This document shows, piece by piece, positions 13,432-32,993 of a stretch of DNA of 64,000 bases. The DNA is from Chrysomallon squamiferum. Its lineage: Eukaryota > Animalia > Mollusca. A model generated the notes under the pieces. It did not search any database, was not told where the DNA came from, and saw nothing but the letters and a program-made list of their open reading frames with translations. The stretch is taken from NCBI GenBank assembly GCA_012295275.1, contig CM022665.1:40424001-40488000 (forward strand). The letters are read 5' to 3'. Numbering within the stretch: position 1 is the stretch's first letter; every line of letters starts with the position of its first letter. The position numbers were made by a program, and so were the translations under genes.

Positions 13432-14818
13432 TGTTGTTGTTGTAGTAGTAGTAACAGTAGTAGTAGTAGCAGTAACACTAGTAGTAGTAATAGTAACAGA
13501 GTGCTAATAGTAAGTGTAGTAGTAGTAGTAGCAGCAGTAGTAGTGGTGGTTGTTGCTGTGTTGTCGTTGTTGCTCCCGTAGATCCCCTAGCAAAATGGGA
13601 AATGCTTAACAACAGAAAAACAGATTAACAGATTGACTCAGTGTTTATTCAGTGTGATGTTTTATAAACTGATTTATAAACATAGGTATATTAACAACTG
13701 TGCGTCTCTCCATCTCGTCATGTTTTTCTCCTAACGTCAAACGTGTCATATCAAATAAATATTTGTGCGTGCTGTTCCGTATGCGTTACCATTTGTGCAT
13801 GTGTCTATCCAGGTACATATATATATATGTATATTTTTTTATTATTATTATTTTTTTTTTTTTCTCATGGAGAAATTTAAAAACAACAAACAACAACAAA
13901 CATAAATCCACCTCCGAAACAATATGTTCACATAATTTGTCTCAGTTTTCTTGACTACCTTGTCTCTTTTATTATTTGTCGTTTATTGCACTGATAAGCA
14001 ACACAAGAGATGTGCTGATAAACAGCAGTCCACTGATGATTTCTATGAAGAAAGACCAGCCTAAATTAGCGTCATATTTTACTCCATACAGGATAACTCC
14101 AGTCATCACAAGAACAGCTGAAAATATACAGACAAAAAAAACAACAAAAAAAAAAAACTCACATAGTTATCATTAATCTGTGGTAAAATACAGATCATAC
14201 AGTGACCATACATTAAATGTAGTAATACATACATCTTAATACAGCTCTGTACAAAATCTGTATTATGTTCATTAAAATATAGTCACATAGGTGAGCATAT
14301 AATGTATAACCTAGGCATTTCAAGTGTTGTTGGGTTTGGTTTAATTTGTTTTTACTATTTATTTATTTGTTTGTTTGTTTGTTTTAATTTCATTTTTATT
14401 ATTTTTTGCTCTTTTTCTTATTGCAGTTGTTTACTTGAAACCAACTTGTGTTAATAATAAAGTATAATTTTACCTCAGTACTAATAGTCATGACAGTAGT
14501 ATTAATTGTAGTAGTGGTAGTAGTAGTAATAGTACTAGTAGTAGTTGAAGTAGCAATGGTAGTAATAGTGATAATAGTAGTAATAATAGTAACAATGGTA
14601 GTAGTAATTATAGCAGCAGTAGTATTGGATAGTATATTAGCTTCACAAGTATTTAAAGTAAAAGTAATGGCAGTAACAGTACTAAAGTGATAGACAAAGT
14701 GGTAATAGTACTAGTAATGATAGCGGAATGATGATAATAGAAGCAGTAGTACTGGTGGAGGTGGTGGTTCTAGTAGTATTAGTAATAATAATAGGAGGAG
14801 TAGTAATAGAAGTAGTAG
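11290..14818. repeat. ~1.85-kb near-identical tandem duplication bounded by (TAG)n microsatellites
   Basis: Unit 1 (~11290-12960) and unit 2 (~13113-14818) align at an offset of 1823-1858. Each unit carries the last exon and 3' region of claudin-like copy B. Confidence 0.92.
12116..12261 (-). CDS. Duplicate terminal exon of claudin-like copy B
   Basis: Intact TTTTCAG acceptor and the same peptide as 14117-13972; one synonymous ATA/ATC difference seen. Whether it is used is unknown. Confidence 0.5.
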
Positions 14819-15561
14819 TGATTGTAACAGCAGCAGCAGCAGTTGTAGAGTAACGCTCATAGTGACAGAACTGGTGGTAATGATTTTAATAACAACAGGA
14901 ATGTAATTGTAAATAATCACCTGCTAAAAAGGACAGAATCACACAAACAATTTTAACTGCTCTGGTTGCCATCAACTCCACAAATATGACATTGAGGATG
15001 AACGCAAGACAGACCAGACCGATCACTAACCCGATAGTTACAACAGCCGCTATCACCTTCTCTACATCACTCTCTGTAATTATACAGATACTATATACTT
15101 ATATATACTTATCCATATACCGACGAAAACACGTATTTCTATATACACACACATATATATACATACATACATATACAGATACATACGTACCTCCACACAC
15201 ACACACACACACAGACACACATACATACATACATTTATATATACATACATACATACATGCATACATACATACATACACACACACATACATACACACACAC
15301 ACATACATACATTCATACATTCATACATACATACATTCAAACAAAATAAACCTTATCATCGTATTATTATACACACTTACTTTTAGATTCTTCAGTTACG
15401 TTACAAGATCCTTGAAGACATTTCTCAAAGAGGCCACGACTGCTGCCTCCGGCGTCCGTCCACGATGGCGTTGGAAACCCAACGACGTGGAAGACAACGG
15501 CAGCGACACAGAGACCTAGAGCAACCTTGCAAAGTACTGATTTGATAACAAATCCAGCCAT
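13972..15561 (-). CDS. Claudin/PMP22/EMP-superfamily tetraspan protein, copy B, 159 aa
   Basis: Exons 15561-15381, 15073-14921 and 14117-13972 with phase-1 introns. Four hydrophobic segments; FPTPSW-x8-GLF-x2-C-x4-C in loop 1; GWSF before TM4. Confidence 0.88.
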
Positions 15562-17267
15562 AACTTTCTTTTAAAGTCTTTCCTTTAAGGCTTACTTCTC
15601 TTAATGTACTCTCAGATTTGTGTCTTCTGAGAATCTTTCACATGGATCGTTCTAGAACTCGAGGTGAAAAGAACATTCGCGATTTCTTCGCTGGAATACG
15701 TGAATGTGTAACACTGAGGCATTTATTTGCCTTTCTCGTCAACTTGTATATTTGATTTCTGTCTAATACAGACCCGAATTAAATAGCAAAATCCTTCTTG
15801 CATAATACGTGAATAGATTTTAACTCATTAGTATCATTTTGCAGGGGCATTCTTTAAGAAACCCGTGTTGTAATAAAATACCATTCATTTTCAAACACAA
15901 ACACTCTCGGGTAGAATAAATGTTAGATGAAAAGAAGACGTCATAAAGAATTGCAGGTGCAATAACGTTACTAAGGGGTGGGATGTTTGAGGGTGTTGTT
16001 TATCCCCTCTCTGTTCACGACAACCATCCTTTGTGTTAATATTCTTACTTGCTCGTGTAAGAATCAGTTCTCATAAATCATTATTCACTGGAAAAACTTT
16101 GCAAGAATTGTTACCATACGATCTGTAATCGTTACTAATCGTTCCAGTAAACATCCAGCGGATGGGATATCTTTGATCCTCGCACTAGTACACAGCCGTG
16201 TTAGATCCGACCCTGACTTAGTGTACATGCTGTTGCGTGGTGCTACTCGTAGGACAAACAATGTACTCAACGAGAAACTGTTTGTCCTCGACACCCAGCG
16301 TCTATGGAACGAATGTCGCGTCTTTTATGCTGTTGTGGTTTGACTAGTCATTTCAGTGGCGTGTGTATTTAACAGTTTTCAATGTAAAACGACAAAGCTG
16401 GGTGCACTAACGTTAATGTTCTATCAGTGGTGAGACTGTGACCCGAGAAGTGTCACGTCGCAGGATCCACTCTCGTTGGTACTTCGTGTCACGTCATATA
16501 TAGGATCCACATATATACATACATATAGATATACATACATACATATATATATTGGTATATCGTGTTTGCTATCATATGACACACATATACATATATACAC
16601 ACACACACAAATACACATACACACACACACACACATACACACACACACAGACACACACACATGTAAACAACGCTGTAACAGGATATGACATTAATAAAAC
16701 GATTCCGGAATTAGTCGTAGAAGATTTTCTAGAAGCAATCTCAACGAATGACGAAAAAGGGTTTTACGAGCTTAGGATAACGTAATAATGTCCGTTGAGA
16801 AGAAGAGGGACAGGACTCTCTATAAGCTGAATCATTTCATTGTAGTTTATGTCTCCGTCAACCTCAGCTGTCTTTTAAAGTTTCTCATTACGATATTTTT
16901 CACACAGGTACACCATTCTAAAATCATATTTGCAGATATCTTAAAATAATATTCATATTTAATAAAAAAATGTCCACTGGACTCTAGCTTTTCTAAATAA
17001 TTTCTGTCATTGCAGTCTTGTACAGAGATTGGACAAAAACGGGAAACTAAAAAGTAGATGTCGGTGTGCCACTGTGTAAATTTCCATTTTCCATCATAGA
17101 TCTCAACTCGTCTGACAAATGCTCAGTTTTGTAATTGAACCGTTAAAAATAACAAAATTCGGGGGTAACATATAATGTTTTTCTTCTGGTATGACTGTAA
17201 ATAAAATAATGCGTTCATTACCATTTGTTGTTGTTGTTGTTGTATTCTTCTTCTTCTTCTTCTTCTT

Positions 17268-17351
<84 letters not shown>

Positions 17352-17647
17352 TACAAGTAACTAATATGCCTTCGATGTTTGCCATGTTTGAACATCATAT
17401 ATATTTTTTTTCAAACCAGTAACAAACTAAAAAGATAAAATAAAACATAAATACTTCATTTATTTCCAGATGCTGGATAAGTATAACAGATTTTATTCGT
17501 GAAGAAAAAAAATAAGAGTTGACTATAAGAGTATATTCAAGCTAATGAAAGAAAAATAATTTTATACACGTATACACGTGCTTAATATAGTAATATTTAT
17601 ATGTATGTATATCATTTTGTTTTCTCAATGTCTCTTTCTGCACTCCA

Positions 17648-19350
17648 TTAATTGCTGTAGACGTCGACGACGAAGACAATTCCGGTAGCAATGTAGAGGA
17701 GGCCGCTGATGGTGACCAAAAAGAAAGACCAACCGAAATGAGAATTGTATTCTGTACCGAATATCATCACAGCAACCAGCGTGAATAGTGCTGAAAAACA
17801 AAAACAAAAAACATTTATTCCTATGCAGTAATTTTTAAATGTTTTTTTTTCTCTCTGTTATCGTTGTTTTTGTTGTTGTTGTTCTTCTTCTACTACTACT
17901 TTTTTTTATCTTCTGTCTACCTGCAAGTTTAATTTACTTACCAGCCAGAAATGCAAGAATCACACAGACGATTTTAACGGTTTTGATTGCCAAAGACTCC
18001 ACAAACACGTAGCAGACTGTCAAAACTGCGCAGGCCAAGCCAAGAAGGAAGCCCAGAATTGCCATTGCAGCGGTAGCCTTAAGTTTGTCTGGCTCTGCAG
18101 TACGAGAAAGAAACATTTATAAGTGACACACATATTTATCACACAAGTTAAAATTATACTAGTATACCATTAATTTTCCCAGAACTGAAGATCCATTACT
18201 TTTTTTGTAATCTAAGAAAGAAACACGTATAAGTGACACACATATTTACATATTATACAAGTTAAAATTGTACTAGTATGCTATCAACTTTCTGAGAACT
18301 GAAGCTCCAGTACTTGTTTGTAATCTGACAAAATTTACGGGAGGATTCCTGAGGTTTACCCCGCAGCTAAAGAATCTTTTAAATTGCTCACTGGTATTGT
18401 TTATACTTTCCCAAGGATAGTTTACATAGCTCAGTACTTCTGTTCACCCAGCCCACTAGTATTCTTTATACTGCCCCAAAACACTGTTCACAATTATTGT
18501 TTACAATGGTTACAACGATTGTTCACAACGCTAAAAAGGATTGTTTACAATGCTCACGATGATTTTATACAATGCCCATAATGATTGCTTACCCAGTCAG
18601 AAGCATTCTAACACTATTTACTGTTTGCATATTAAACTGTATTGTAAAACTGATTGTGTGTGCAAAATAAAAATATCATACAACTCTATAGTGAACATTT
18701 AGATGCGTATAAGTATCGGTGCATTATATCTCTGTTTTGCGAAGTCTACTAAATTTCGAGATTTAAAATGCGATAGATTTTTCACACGTGGGAGAATGAA
18801 TTTACAAACCTTTTTTTTTTTTTTTTTTTTGTTCTCTCGTTTATTGTTCATTCTATTCACTTTCCGTGCAGGATTAACAACATTCTTAATAATAACTGAT
18901 TACTTTCTGAAAAGAAATTGCTGCAGATCATACAAACAACCAATGAACACTTTGATATCGAAAATCGGCCACTGTTCTTTTTTTTTTTTTCTTTCACAGC
19001 AAAACAAGAAACACAGTGTGATATTTTGTTTTGTATATAAGTAATTTTGGAATAAAACTTTGTAATCACTTTGTAAAGTGTGATATTCAGTTTTCTATAT
19101 AAGTTATTTTTGACAAAAATTTCTAATCTGTTTAGTGTCGTAAAGCGTAGAGAAACAGTTCTGATTATTTTCAGCTCTACTAATTAACTAGTACATTATA
19201 TTAAGTATGTTTATTACAAACTAATGAAATAACAACTGAGAAGTGAATTAGTTAAAATAGAGGGTGAAAAAGTGAATTATGAAATAAAATAACTACGAAA
19301 ACGTTGTAAGTACATGCCACTAAAGTACGTTTTTATTTTATTTTTATTAC

Positions 19351-19399
<49 letters not shown>

Positions 19400-19754
19400 T
19401 TTATTTTATTAATTTTTATGTTTTTTGTAACATAACAAAATAAAATACCTTGGTTTTCTTATTTCAGATATTTCATTTAAAATATTTATTAATATTCACA
19501 GATACAGTTTCTGTCCAATAGGGTGTCGGAAAGCCAATAGCATCAAATAAAATGGATGAAAAAAAATAATAATAAGATCAGCTACTTACTATTAGCTTCC
19601 GGAAAATTAACGCATGTATCTTGAAAACATGTTTGGAAAAGACCAAAGTTCACAGATCCACTTTTGTCCAGTAGGGTGTTGGAAAGCCAATAACATCAAA
19701 CAACACGGATGAAACACAAAGCCCTACAGCTGTATACATCAGCACTTTACCCAT
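17648..19754 (-). pseudogene. Claudin/PMP22-like copy C, 153 aa if repaired; one 1-nt deletion in exon 1 (young pseudogene or sequence error)
   Basis: Exons 19754-19590 (165 nt; 166 needed), 18094-17942 and 17790-17648. MGKVLMYTAVGLCVSSVLFDVIGFPTPYWT, then a frameshift at the A4 run (19662-19665), then SGSVNFGLFQTCFQDTCVNFPEAN. Exons 2 and 3 are intact with canonical splice sites. Confidence 0.75.
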
Positions 19755-20498
19755 ATTACTTTTTTTTATAAATATTTATTATGATTATTAAAAAAAATCC
19801 TCCTCTTCTTAGTCTTCTTCTTTTTTCTTCTTATTCTTTTTAAAGTACAGCTCTTTCAGTCCTTTCTAAATACAACAATCCAAATTAGCAACGAATTCCG
19901 CACACGAAAGCACGTTCTAACGAATGCTGCTATTTATATTAACGCACGTGCAGCAAGTTGAGGCTTGACTAAGACAATAAGCGGTATCTTTGGGTTTTTT
20001 ATCTTATCATTTCTGACATGAAATGTCATACAAATTGCGTTGAAGTATTTGTTTTGTCTAAAAGTAATCTAACTGCAAAGGCAGTATCTAGGAAAAGGCA
20101 ATAATGAAAATCAGATTTATAAACTTGACAACCCGTTGGTATCACATCTGTCATATAAACTTTGGTAGATAAATACAGGTTGTATATGCTAAAAATCCTT
20201 AATGAACACTGTCCAGTGCATTAACGTTCAGAATCTTATCTATATAACGTTGTATTTTAATATTTCCAATTAGTGTTTTGATAAAGAAATATTGATATTT
20301 TTGTATTATAGTTACATAATAAAGATAATGTGATGTTTCGTATTCAGAATATTTGTTTTTTGTAAACAATGAAAGATATTTCTTATCAGTAGTTTCAGTT
20401 ATATTACCTCTCCCTAGTAAATAGATAACATTTGAGGTTTAGATTATCTCATTCTGGACAATTTTTATATTAAATCTTTATTAATTAACTGTTCCATC

Positions 20499-20554
<56 letters not shown>

Positions 20555-20745
20555 TTTTATCTGCTAATTTATTAACTTTATTGATTTTATTATCACTATA
20601 TATATATGTGCATACACACATGTAATTTTTATTTGTATTTTTTTGCTGCTTTTTTTTTTTTTTCTCTTTCAGGTTTTTTTTTTTTTCCCCAGTTTTTGTC
20701 AGGTGAGTGAAAAATGGTTTGAAATATTTACCGTAGTCTAAAGGC

Positions 20746-20776
<31 letters not shown>

Positions 20777-21023
20777 CGATGCAACGTGAAGTGAGGAAAT
20801 TACTACTCGAAACTTAAGTACGTTTATCCATTTCTAGAATACTTGTTTCGCTATCGCGAGATAATTTTATTTCATATCCTTAGATACGACATTTGGCTAC
20901 AAATCATCACAGGGGAACTTGTAAAGAGATAATCTACTGAATTTTACACGTAGTAAAAACAGAAAAAGACTGCGTTATATTTCATGTATTTATTTTCTTG
21001 TGTATATTACGTGTATCAAAATA

Positions 21024-25499
<4,476 letters not shown>

Positions 25500-28426
25500 G
25501 ATACTGGAGACGTGTTTTGTTTTAATTCGTTAACTGGTTTTGTTCAGTTTCTTTGAATTGTAATTTCAGCAGTACTTCGTTATGTAGGTGAGAAGAACGC
25601 TAAAACGTATAATTAATTCGTACACGTTGAAACAAAATAACGGAAAACTTTATTAAGTACTTGGCTGTGTAGTTAGATTTGTTTTATCATGAACTCATGA
25701 CATAAAAGGCATTATACTTTGATTGATGCTTCATGAAGATAAATGTTGAATAATATCTATGACGTCAGCGATACATTCCTGTGCTGCTGTAGAGCAGACG
25801 AAACAAAGAAAGAATTAATCATCCAAGAAATAAAGGACGGATGAAAGAATGAACAAACTGATTATATTTACGCGGTGAAACAGATTTTTGTAGCTGTTTG
25901 CTTCCACTGCTTATTTATTTATTTATTTATAATCTTTATATTTTTGTCAATTATATATGCATACACCCACAAAATAGTATATACTTTACGCATACAGACA
26001 TACGTAAGTTTGTGTGTTTGTCTGTATCTGTGCGTGCGTATATGTGTGTCTTTCGTTGTGTGTTGTTACCTAAAATAAATGAATAAAAACAAATGCCATT
26101 AATTTACATTTGAAATGTTATACACACAAAAGTGAATTAGTAACAAACAAAAACGTTTGTTAGTTGTTAAAAATATTTATTGATTAATAAACAAGTCACA
26201 AAGTTAATAGAGAACAATAAAAGCACAATACAATAATTTATTAAAATAATTAAATGTACTGAAATCAAACTGATTTTTCAAATCGAAAATAAAAAGAATG
26301 TAACTATTATAACAGCTCAATCGATAATATATCGATATAACAGCTAATTTATCAAGACATTATACCAATACCAACATGACAGTAAGTTTTTTCATTTTTT
26401 TTTATTTTTTTTTTTATCATTTTTTTTTTTCAAGTTCATTATATATATCTAGAGGGCTTATCTAGAAACAAATTCTACAATAGGCTATGTTACCCATTAT
26501 GGTCCTGAAACATCAAAAATATTGCTAATGTTACTCTGGTGTACATTAAAAAGATGCCGTTACAATAATTTTCTTCAGTGTTTATTTATTTATTTATTTA
26601 TTTATCACATTTTCAGAGCCAAATTGTAATGATTTCCTGAATAATTTTATTACTCAAACATAATTATTCCTATATTACGTGAATATTGTTTTCGACCATT
26701 TTTCAGAGCAATGCATTTAGACATACAATGATTTTGAGAGGTAACGTATTCCGATAATTTTCAATGTAATACAAATAAATGTAATCTATTCTCAAATAAA
26801 CATGCAATGTATTCACATATTTTCAGGGAAGCAATCAGATGTAACACATATTAATTTTTTCAAGGTTATGTATTTGAACATAATGTATTCAAAAGTTAGA
26901 CGTGTGCGTTATTCATGCGTACCGAGAGCATTTTACAAAAGAAACGTAACGATACATGTAAATAATATTTGTTGCCTTTCCAAGGAAACGTCATTAAATA
27001 TTTAGTATCTTTCCACGTTGTCAAGGTAACATGACGTACATATGTGATGAACGGTGGCTAACCATTTGGGTCATTGCTCCAAGTACAAAAAAAACAAATA
27101 TTAGTGATTCTGTGTCGAAAATAATTATTTATTCAGTAGTCATGCATCAATAAAGAAACGTTTTTCCCATAAAGAAATTCACTGTCACGCAGTTTTATTC
27201 AAATTCGTTAAAAGCGAATATCGTTTAATATGTTAGTGAATAAAACTGATAAAGTAATAATAATAATGAAATGAATTTTTAACGAAATCTCAGCACACAG
27301 ATACACAAAAAGTTTAAAATTTAAAAATTAAAAAAAAAATAATAATAATAATAAAAAAAAAAAACAGATCGGCTACTTGGGTGTTAGAAAAGAAAGATAA
27401 CTCTTTTTTTCTATAGAAAATACGTAGGGAATATTTATGAGATTTTCAATATGAATATTTGATGGGATTCATGTGTACCAGTAATTGTGTTTCGTTAAGC
27501 CGTAAGATGATCGCGTGTGCAACTTACAAAATCAATTTTGTTATTGTCGTTGTGTTAAAGGTTTCTCTTAGTGTAGATAACTGAAGAATATCGTAAATCT
27601 TTTAAAGCGCTCACCATTTTCTTTAACGAACAGTATTTTTGCTGTACTGAAACACAGAAAATGAAATTAAATTGTCTGTTTTTAGTTTTTTTTTTTTTGT
27701 GTGTGTGTTTTTTATTTTATTTTAATTTACTTTTTTTTTTTTTTTTTTTTAGTTTTAGTTTTAGTTTTTTTTTTTTTTTCTCAAACGTAACGATAATATC
27801 CTGGATTTCTGAAACAAAATTCTTACTAAATATATGTGTATACGTTCCTAAAGATATGTGAGTACATGTGCGTGCGTGTGCATATTTATGTGTGTGGAGG
27901 AAATCGCTGCCTACTTTTCCTATAGTTATTGTTGTTGTTGTCGTTTTAAAATATCTGTAAGGCACTTGCAACGTCTGTACCACGCTACCAGCTTATCCAA
28001 GTATTGTGTCTCTGTGGGGGGAGGGGAGTGTATGAGTGATGCGTTTTTTCCAGACTATGCTAACGTAAGCTAAAATACTATGACGACTTAGAGCTCAAGG
28101 TTTAACGTATATAAGAATAATTCTAAACTTCTCTGGTGAGTTTAAAGTCTTCTGAGGTGCCGAAATAAAAATGCGTATAAAATATTTTTAAATCGAATCG
28201 TACCTTTGAACACATAAAACACATAAAAACATGTGCAGACATTTGTGAAAAATGACGGATTAAAAATATAAAATAATGTGCATATATATGTTTTAAATAT
28301 CACAGCTTTAGTTACACACAAAAAGATAAATCGATAAAACTTATATAGGTAGGTATGTATGTAGGTAGGTAGGTAGATAGATAGGTAGATAGGTAGATAG
28401 ATAGACAGACAGATAGACAGATAGAG

Positions 28427-28507
<81 letters not shown>

Positions 28508-28536
28508 CAGATATGTGAACCAAGGCCATAAGCAAG

Positions 28537-29312
28537 TTACGATCCCACGACGATGTCTACCACGAAGATGATGCCGGTTGCTAAGTAAAGTAGTGCAGCA
28601 ACAATTTCCAGACCGAACGACCATCTGTAGTCTATCTGTACTGCACGATCGTTGTTTTCTGCACCAAATATGATGACTCCAATTAGAATGAGAAGGGCTG
28701 AAAAATACAAAATACGGAATAATAATAATAATAATAAGGAAGGGAGAAAAAGAAAGAATCTTACTAAATAAAATGAACGAAAGAATATATATATATCGAT
28801 AGATAGATAGATAGATAGATTTTTTTATATATACAAATATGCCAATACGTCTAATAAATATTTTAACAGAAAAGAACTCTTTAATATTCAAAAATTTCTT
28901 TCAACTTCGTTCTCATAATATTTAAATTTCCGTCCACCACATAGACCACTTGAGATGCATGTCTATGGCCAAAAGGCATAATGCTAATGAAACATACAGT
29001 TCTGTTCTATACCTGTAACAAAAGCGAGAACCATGCAAACAATCTTGATGACTTTCGTGGCCAGTGCTTCCACGAACAGGAAGCAGATTGTCAAAACGAG
29101 GCAGGCCACCCCCACCAGGAAAGCCATGATTTCCATAGCAATAGTTGCTTTCAGTTCATCTGTTTCTGAAAAGACGATAATGAAAATTTTAAGTAACGAT
29201 ATAAAGATAAAAAGCAATCATTTTTCTTTTCTTTATTTTAATTTTATTGTTGTTGTGGTTGTTGTTCATATTATTATATATATTTATTGAATGTCGTTTA
29301 AATACATACATT

Positions 29313-29374
<62 letters not shown>

Positions 29375-29618
29375 AGGGTTGTACCTAAAGGAATTTCTTT
29401 TATAAATAAATATTACTATAAAACGATATAGAACAGAAATCACATTATGACATTCAATAAATATTCATAAATATATTGTTGGGTTTTTTTTTACACATAT
29501 TTCAAACAACTTGAAGACAGATGAGAATTCTTTAAAAAAAAAAAAAAAAAAAAATGTTACTATAAATTTCATATTAGTTTTCTGCAAACAGTTTTTGAGA
29601 AAAATCGTATTTGGATTT

Positions 29619-29711
<93 letters not shown>

Positions 29712-29941
29712 CCTTTATTTTTCTAGTAATAGTAATCACGTAAAAGAATTCAAAAATACTTACTGGCGATATCCGGAATATCGGCACAAGTTCCCGAACC
29801 GCAGAATTTAAAGAGACCATAATTAAAGCCATTCTGATCAAACCAGTAAGGTGTTGGAAAACTGATTAAGTGAAACAGCAGTGATGCAATGCAAAGTCCA
29901 AACGCTACTTTAATAAACATGGATGAAGTAGAAAAACCCAT
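28537..29941 (-). CDS. Claudin/PMP22/EMP-superfamily tetraspan protein, copy E, 163 aa
   Basis: Exons 29941-29764, 29165-29013 and 28697-28537, phase 1. [25 protein letters not shown] in loop 1; [15 protein letters not shown] before and in TM4. Confidence 0.9.
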
Positions 29942-29944
29942 GGC

Positions 29945-29981
<37 letters not shown>

Positions 29982-30720
29982 TGTATTATCTCTGGTAACA
30001 AAGAATGTGATGATTTCAGAAACAGGCAGTTCTAACCGGCTGAAAAAAAAAAAACAACTAATCGTTACAGTGCTTTGTTGTTTTAGCTCTTCCTTCCTTC
30101 GAAATACAAACTACGTTTGTCACAGATGCGTCACATTAAGAAGTTAATTCCGATATTTATTCTTATATACTACTCACCACTGGGATTGTGTCTCGTTGTT
30201 TCGTGTTAAAGAAATTTCTGTGTGCCAGTATTTACGATCACTTTTGTCTCAATCGCAGTCTTCAAAGAGCGGCTGTGACGGAAACCTGTTTGTCGTACTC
30301 TTCAAAACCTCTTTACGGCACTGCGCGAAATTTATTGGGCTAAAATTTGTTACGCTGGTTGCAAGTTATCATGGAGACGTGTAAATAAACTAAGGTAAAC
30401 ATAGTTTACTGGCCTAGATTAACTGCTGTCATGTTTTATTGAGAATGCCTTACTGTATTATAAATACAAAAATATTGAAGATAAATAGAATGCGTGCAAC
30501 GAAACAATCAATATTCCTTCAGATAGCGTAACGGAATTTTTAATTATTTCCTTTTCTTTCCTGCTTTCTTTCTTTTTTTTTTTTATTTGTTTGTTTGTTT
30601 TGTTTGTTTATTTTAATTTTATTTTTTTATTTATAAATTTTTTGAATTTGATTTTTATTATTTCAGTTTAATTCGACTGGTTTTTTTTTTTATAAATTAT
30701 TATTACGTTTTTCTAGTGGG

Positions 30721-30768
<48 letters not shown>

Positions 30769-31084
30769 TACGTCCCGATTTTTATATTTTAAAAAAATGG
30801 TTTTCATAAACCATTCTTTGCCCTCATCCAGTAAATTAGTTCAGGTTTCTACCGTTTTCCATTATATTTACACAAATTACTCGACAGACAGCTAATCGTT
30901 AAAAACGTGTCATTAAATAAAGATTATAATTATTTCCTTATATATTTCACCTGATATTGTTATTATTTGTCAACTAATTTTGAAAAATAAACTTCTGATT
31001 TGCAAAGATTGAAGAAGAAATTGTTAAATTTGAATTGTTAAAAGTAAATAAATAAATAAATAGTAAAATAATAATAATAAATAT

Positions 31085-31118
<34 letters not shown>

Positions 31119-31168
31119 ACAAAAATAAACAATTAAATAAATAAATAATAATAATATTAATACAAAAA

Positions 31169-31204
<36 letters not shown>

Positions 31205-32254
31205 AATAAAATGTATTATGGTTATGATAACTTGGTTTTCTATAGAGGTGTGAATTACTCTTTTGGCGTTATTTGTAACACGGATTAAAAATAGGTTTGT
31301 TCTTCTTGTTATGGTAGTCGTTGTTGTGGTTTACTGTTACTGTTGTTGGTAATGATTATTTTTTAATCATTTTATTTTCTAACACATGCAATATTTAAAT
31401 TTAGCTTTTTGTAAATAAATAAAACCAATCAAACAATCAGTATTTGACTGTGAGTAATTATTATGAATAATACCACATCATCTAGAAACCGTAAAAACGG
31501 TTTTTGAATTCTGTATCCGGTTTTTAGACGGGTCCAGTAAATTATCGCGCCATAATTACCAGTGACTGTCAATGGTCCAATTATATGTTATATTCTAATT
31601 GCCGATTTCACAAGAAAAAAGGTCGAGCGCACATAATAATTCCGCACCAATAACTATTGCTTCAAAAAAATAAAAATAAGAGAAAGGAAAGACAAAATAT
31701 CCGTTATTAATTTAATGGTATCTTTTTTGTTGTTGTTGTTGTTGTTTTTAATTTAATGACTCATTCCACACATTTTTGATCAGTTGCTATGCACAAACAG
31801 CCTGAATCAAAACTTCTACGTGCTTCGCTAGGCATTTTCAGTTAACAAGGGGAAGTAAACCCATTTATTACCCAATCGTATAGCATAGCGCCATGGTTGC
31901 ATCCGGAAATGCACCTTGATTAGATATCAGAAAAACTAAAACTCAATTTGCTACTCCCTCTCACACTTATGCACTGCATTACCCCTAAGGCTGACTAGGC
32001 TCCGTGCAATCTTTCTTTGTTATTCTTTTAGTGTTAAATGTTATCACTATGTAACGGCCAACGCTCAATGCGCATCACTGAAATCAATTTATAAGATCGA
32101 TCTTTTAGTACGAGAAACACCAAGGATGCGTTAAATTGTATTCTGGATCAGTTTGTTGAAAGATTAAAAAAAAAAAAAAAAAAAAGTAGCTAGATACTTA
32201 TATAAACCTGTATATGTTTAGATTTACAGTATGGTAACGGCATTTTGATATTGC

Positions 32255-32960
32255 TTTGTTTCATGTTAATTAAAAGTTGTCTGATAAGATGAAATTGTTT
32301 TCTTTGTTACTCCAGTAATCGCTTCACTTGTAATATTATTGTAATAAACTGTACGAAAGGAGAGAGTGAAATTGTCGGGGAAGGGCGCTGGGAGGGTGGA
32401 TGCCGAGGGGCCAAAAGAATCACGAAGCATAAGGGTCCCGCCATGAGTTAACGAAGGAAATATGAAAGAAACGTTTCAAACATGGCTGCACGAAACGTGG
32501 GAATTATTGCGTTTAATTGTTTTGTTTGTTTATCTTACATTAATAATATTATTAAAAGATCGACTACTACTACTACTACTTCTTTAATCTTTTCTGACAT
32601 AAAGTGTAGGTTATTGATGTTGAAAATAACTTTTAAATGTATGTAATGAAAGTTAAACTTACTTAAGAAAAATTATAGAGGCTCATTCAATTTATACAAT
32701 ATACATACACACACACACACGTACACAGACACACACACACATAAACACACACACACACACACACACACACAGATATATACATCCTACATACATGTATACA
32801 TAAATATACATATAATGATACATATCGTAATTAATAGGATTATACAGAAACATTACTAAGTAATTCTCTGGGAATTCTATTGAAACCAGCAACACCTGTA
32901 TGAGACATGAAGGCTGAAAATCAAAATCTTAATTCACTCCTTTCTCCGTTTATGACTATA

Positions 32961-32993
<33 letters not shown>

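Noticed and set aside
11019-14920. Poly-Val/Ser ORFs that look like membrane proteins
   Set aside because: (GTA/TAG)n microsatellite; the real coding exons here are on the minus strand.
16085-16500. GC-richer segment with short ORFs between copies B and C
   Set aside because: No recognisable protein motif, TIR pair or Pol III boxes; probably an unclassified repeat.
25532-25539. Grainyhead-like site AACTGGTT near a claudin-like start codon
   Set aside because: A single short match, not found at the equivalent position in the other paralogs.
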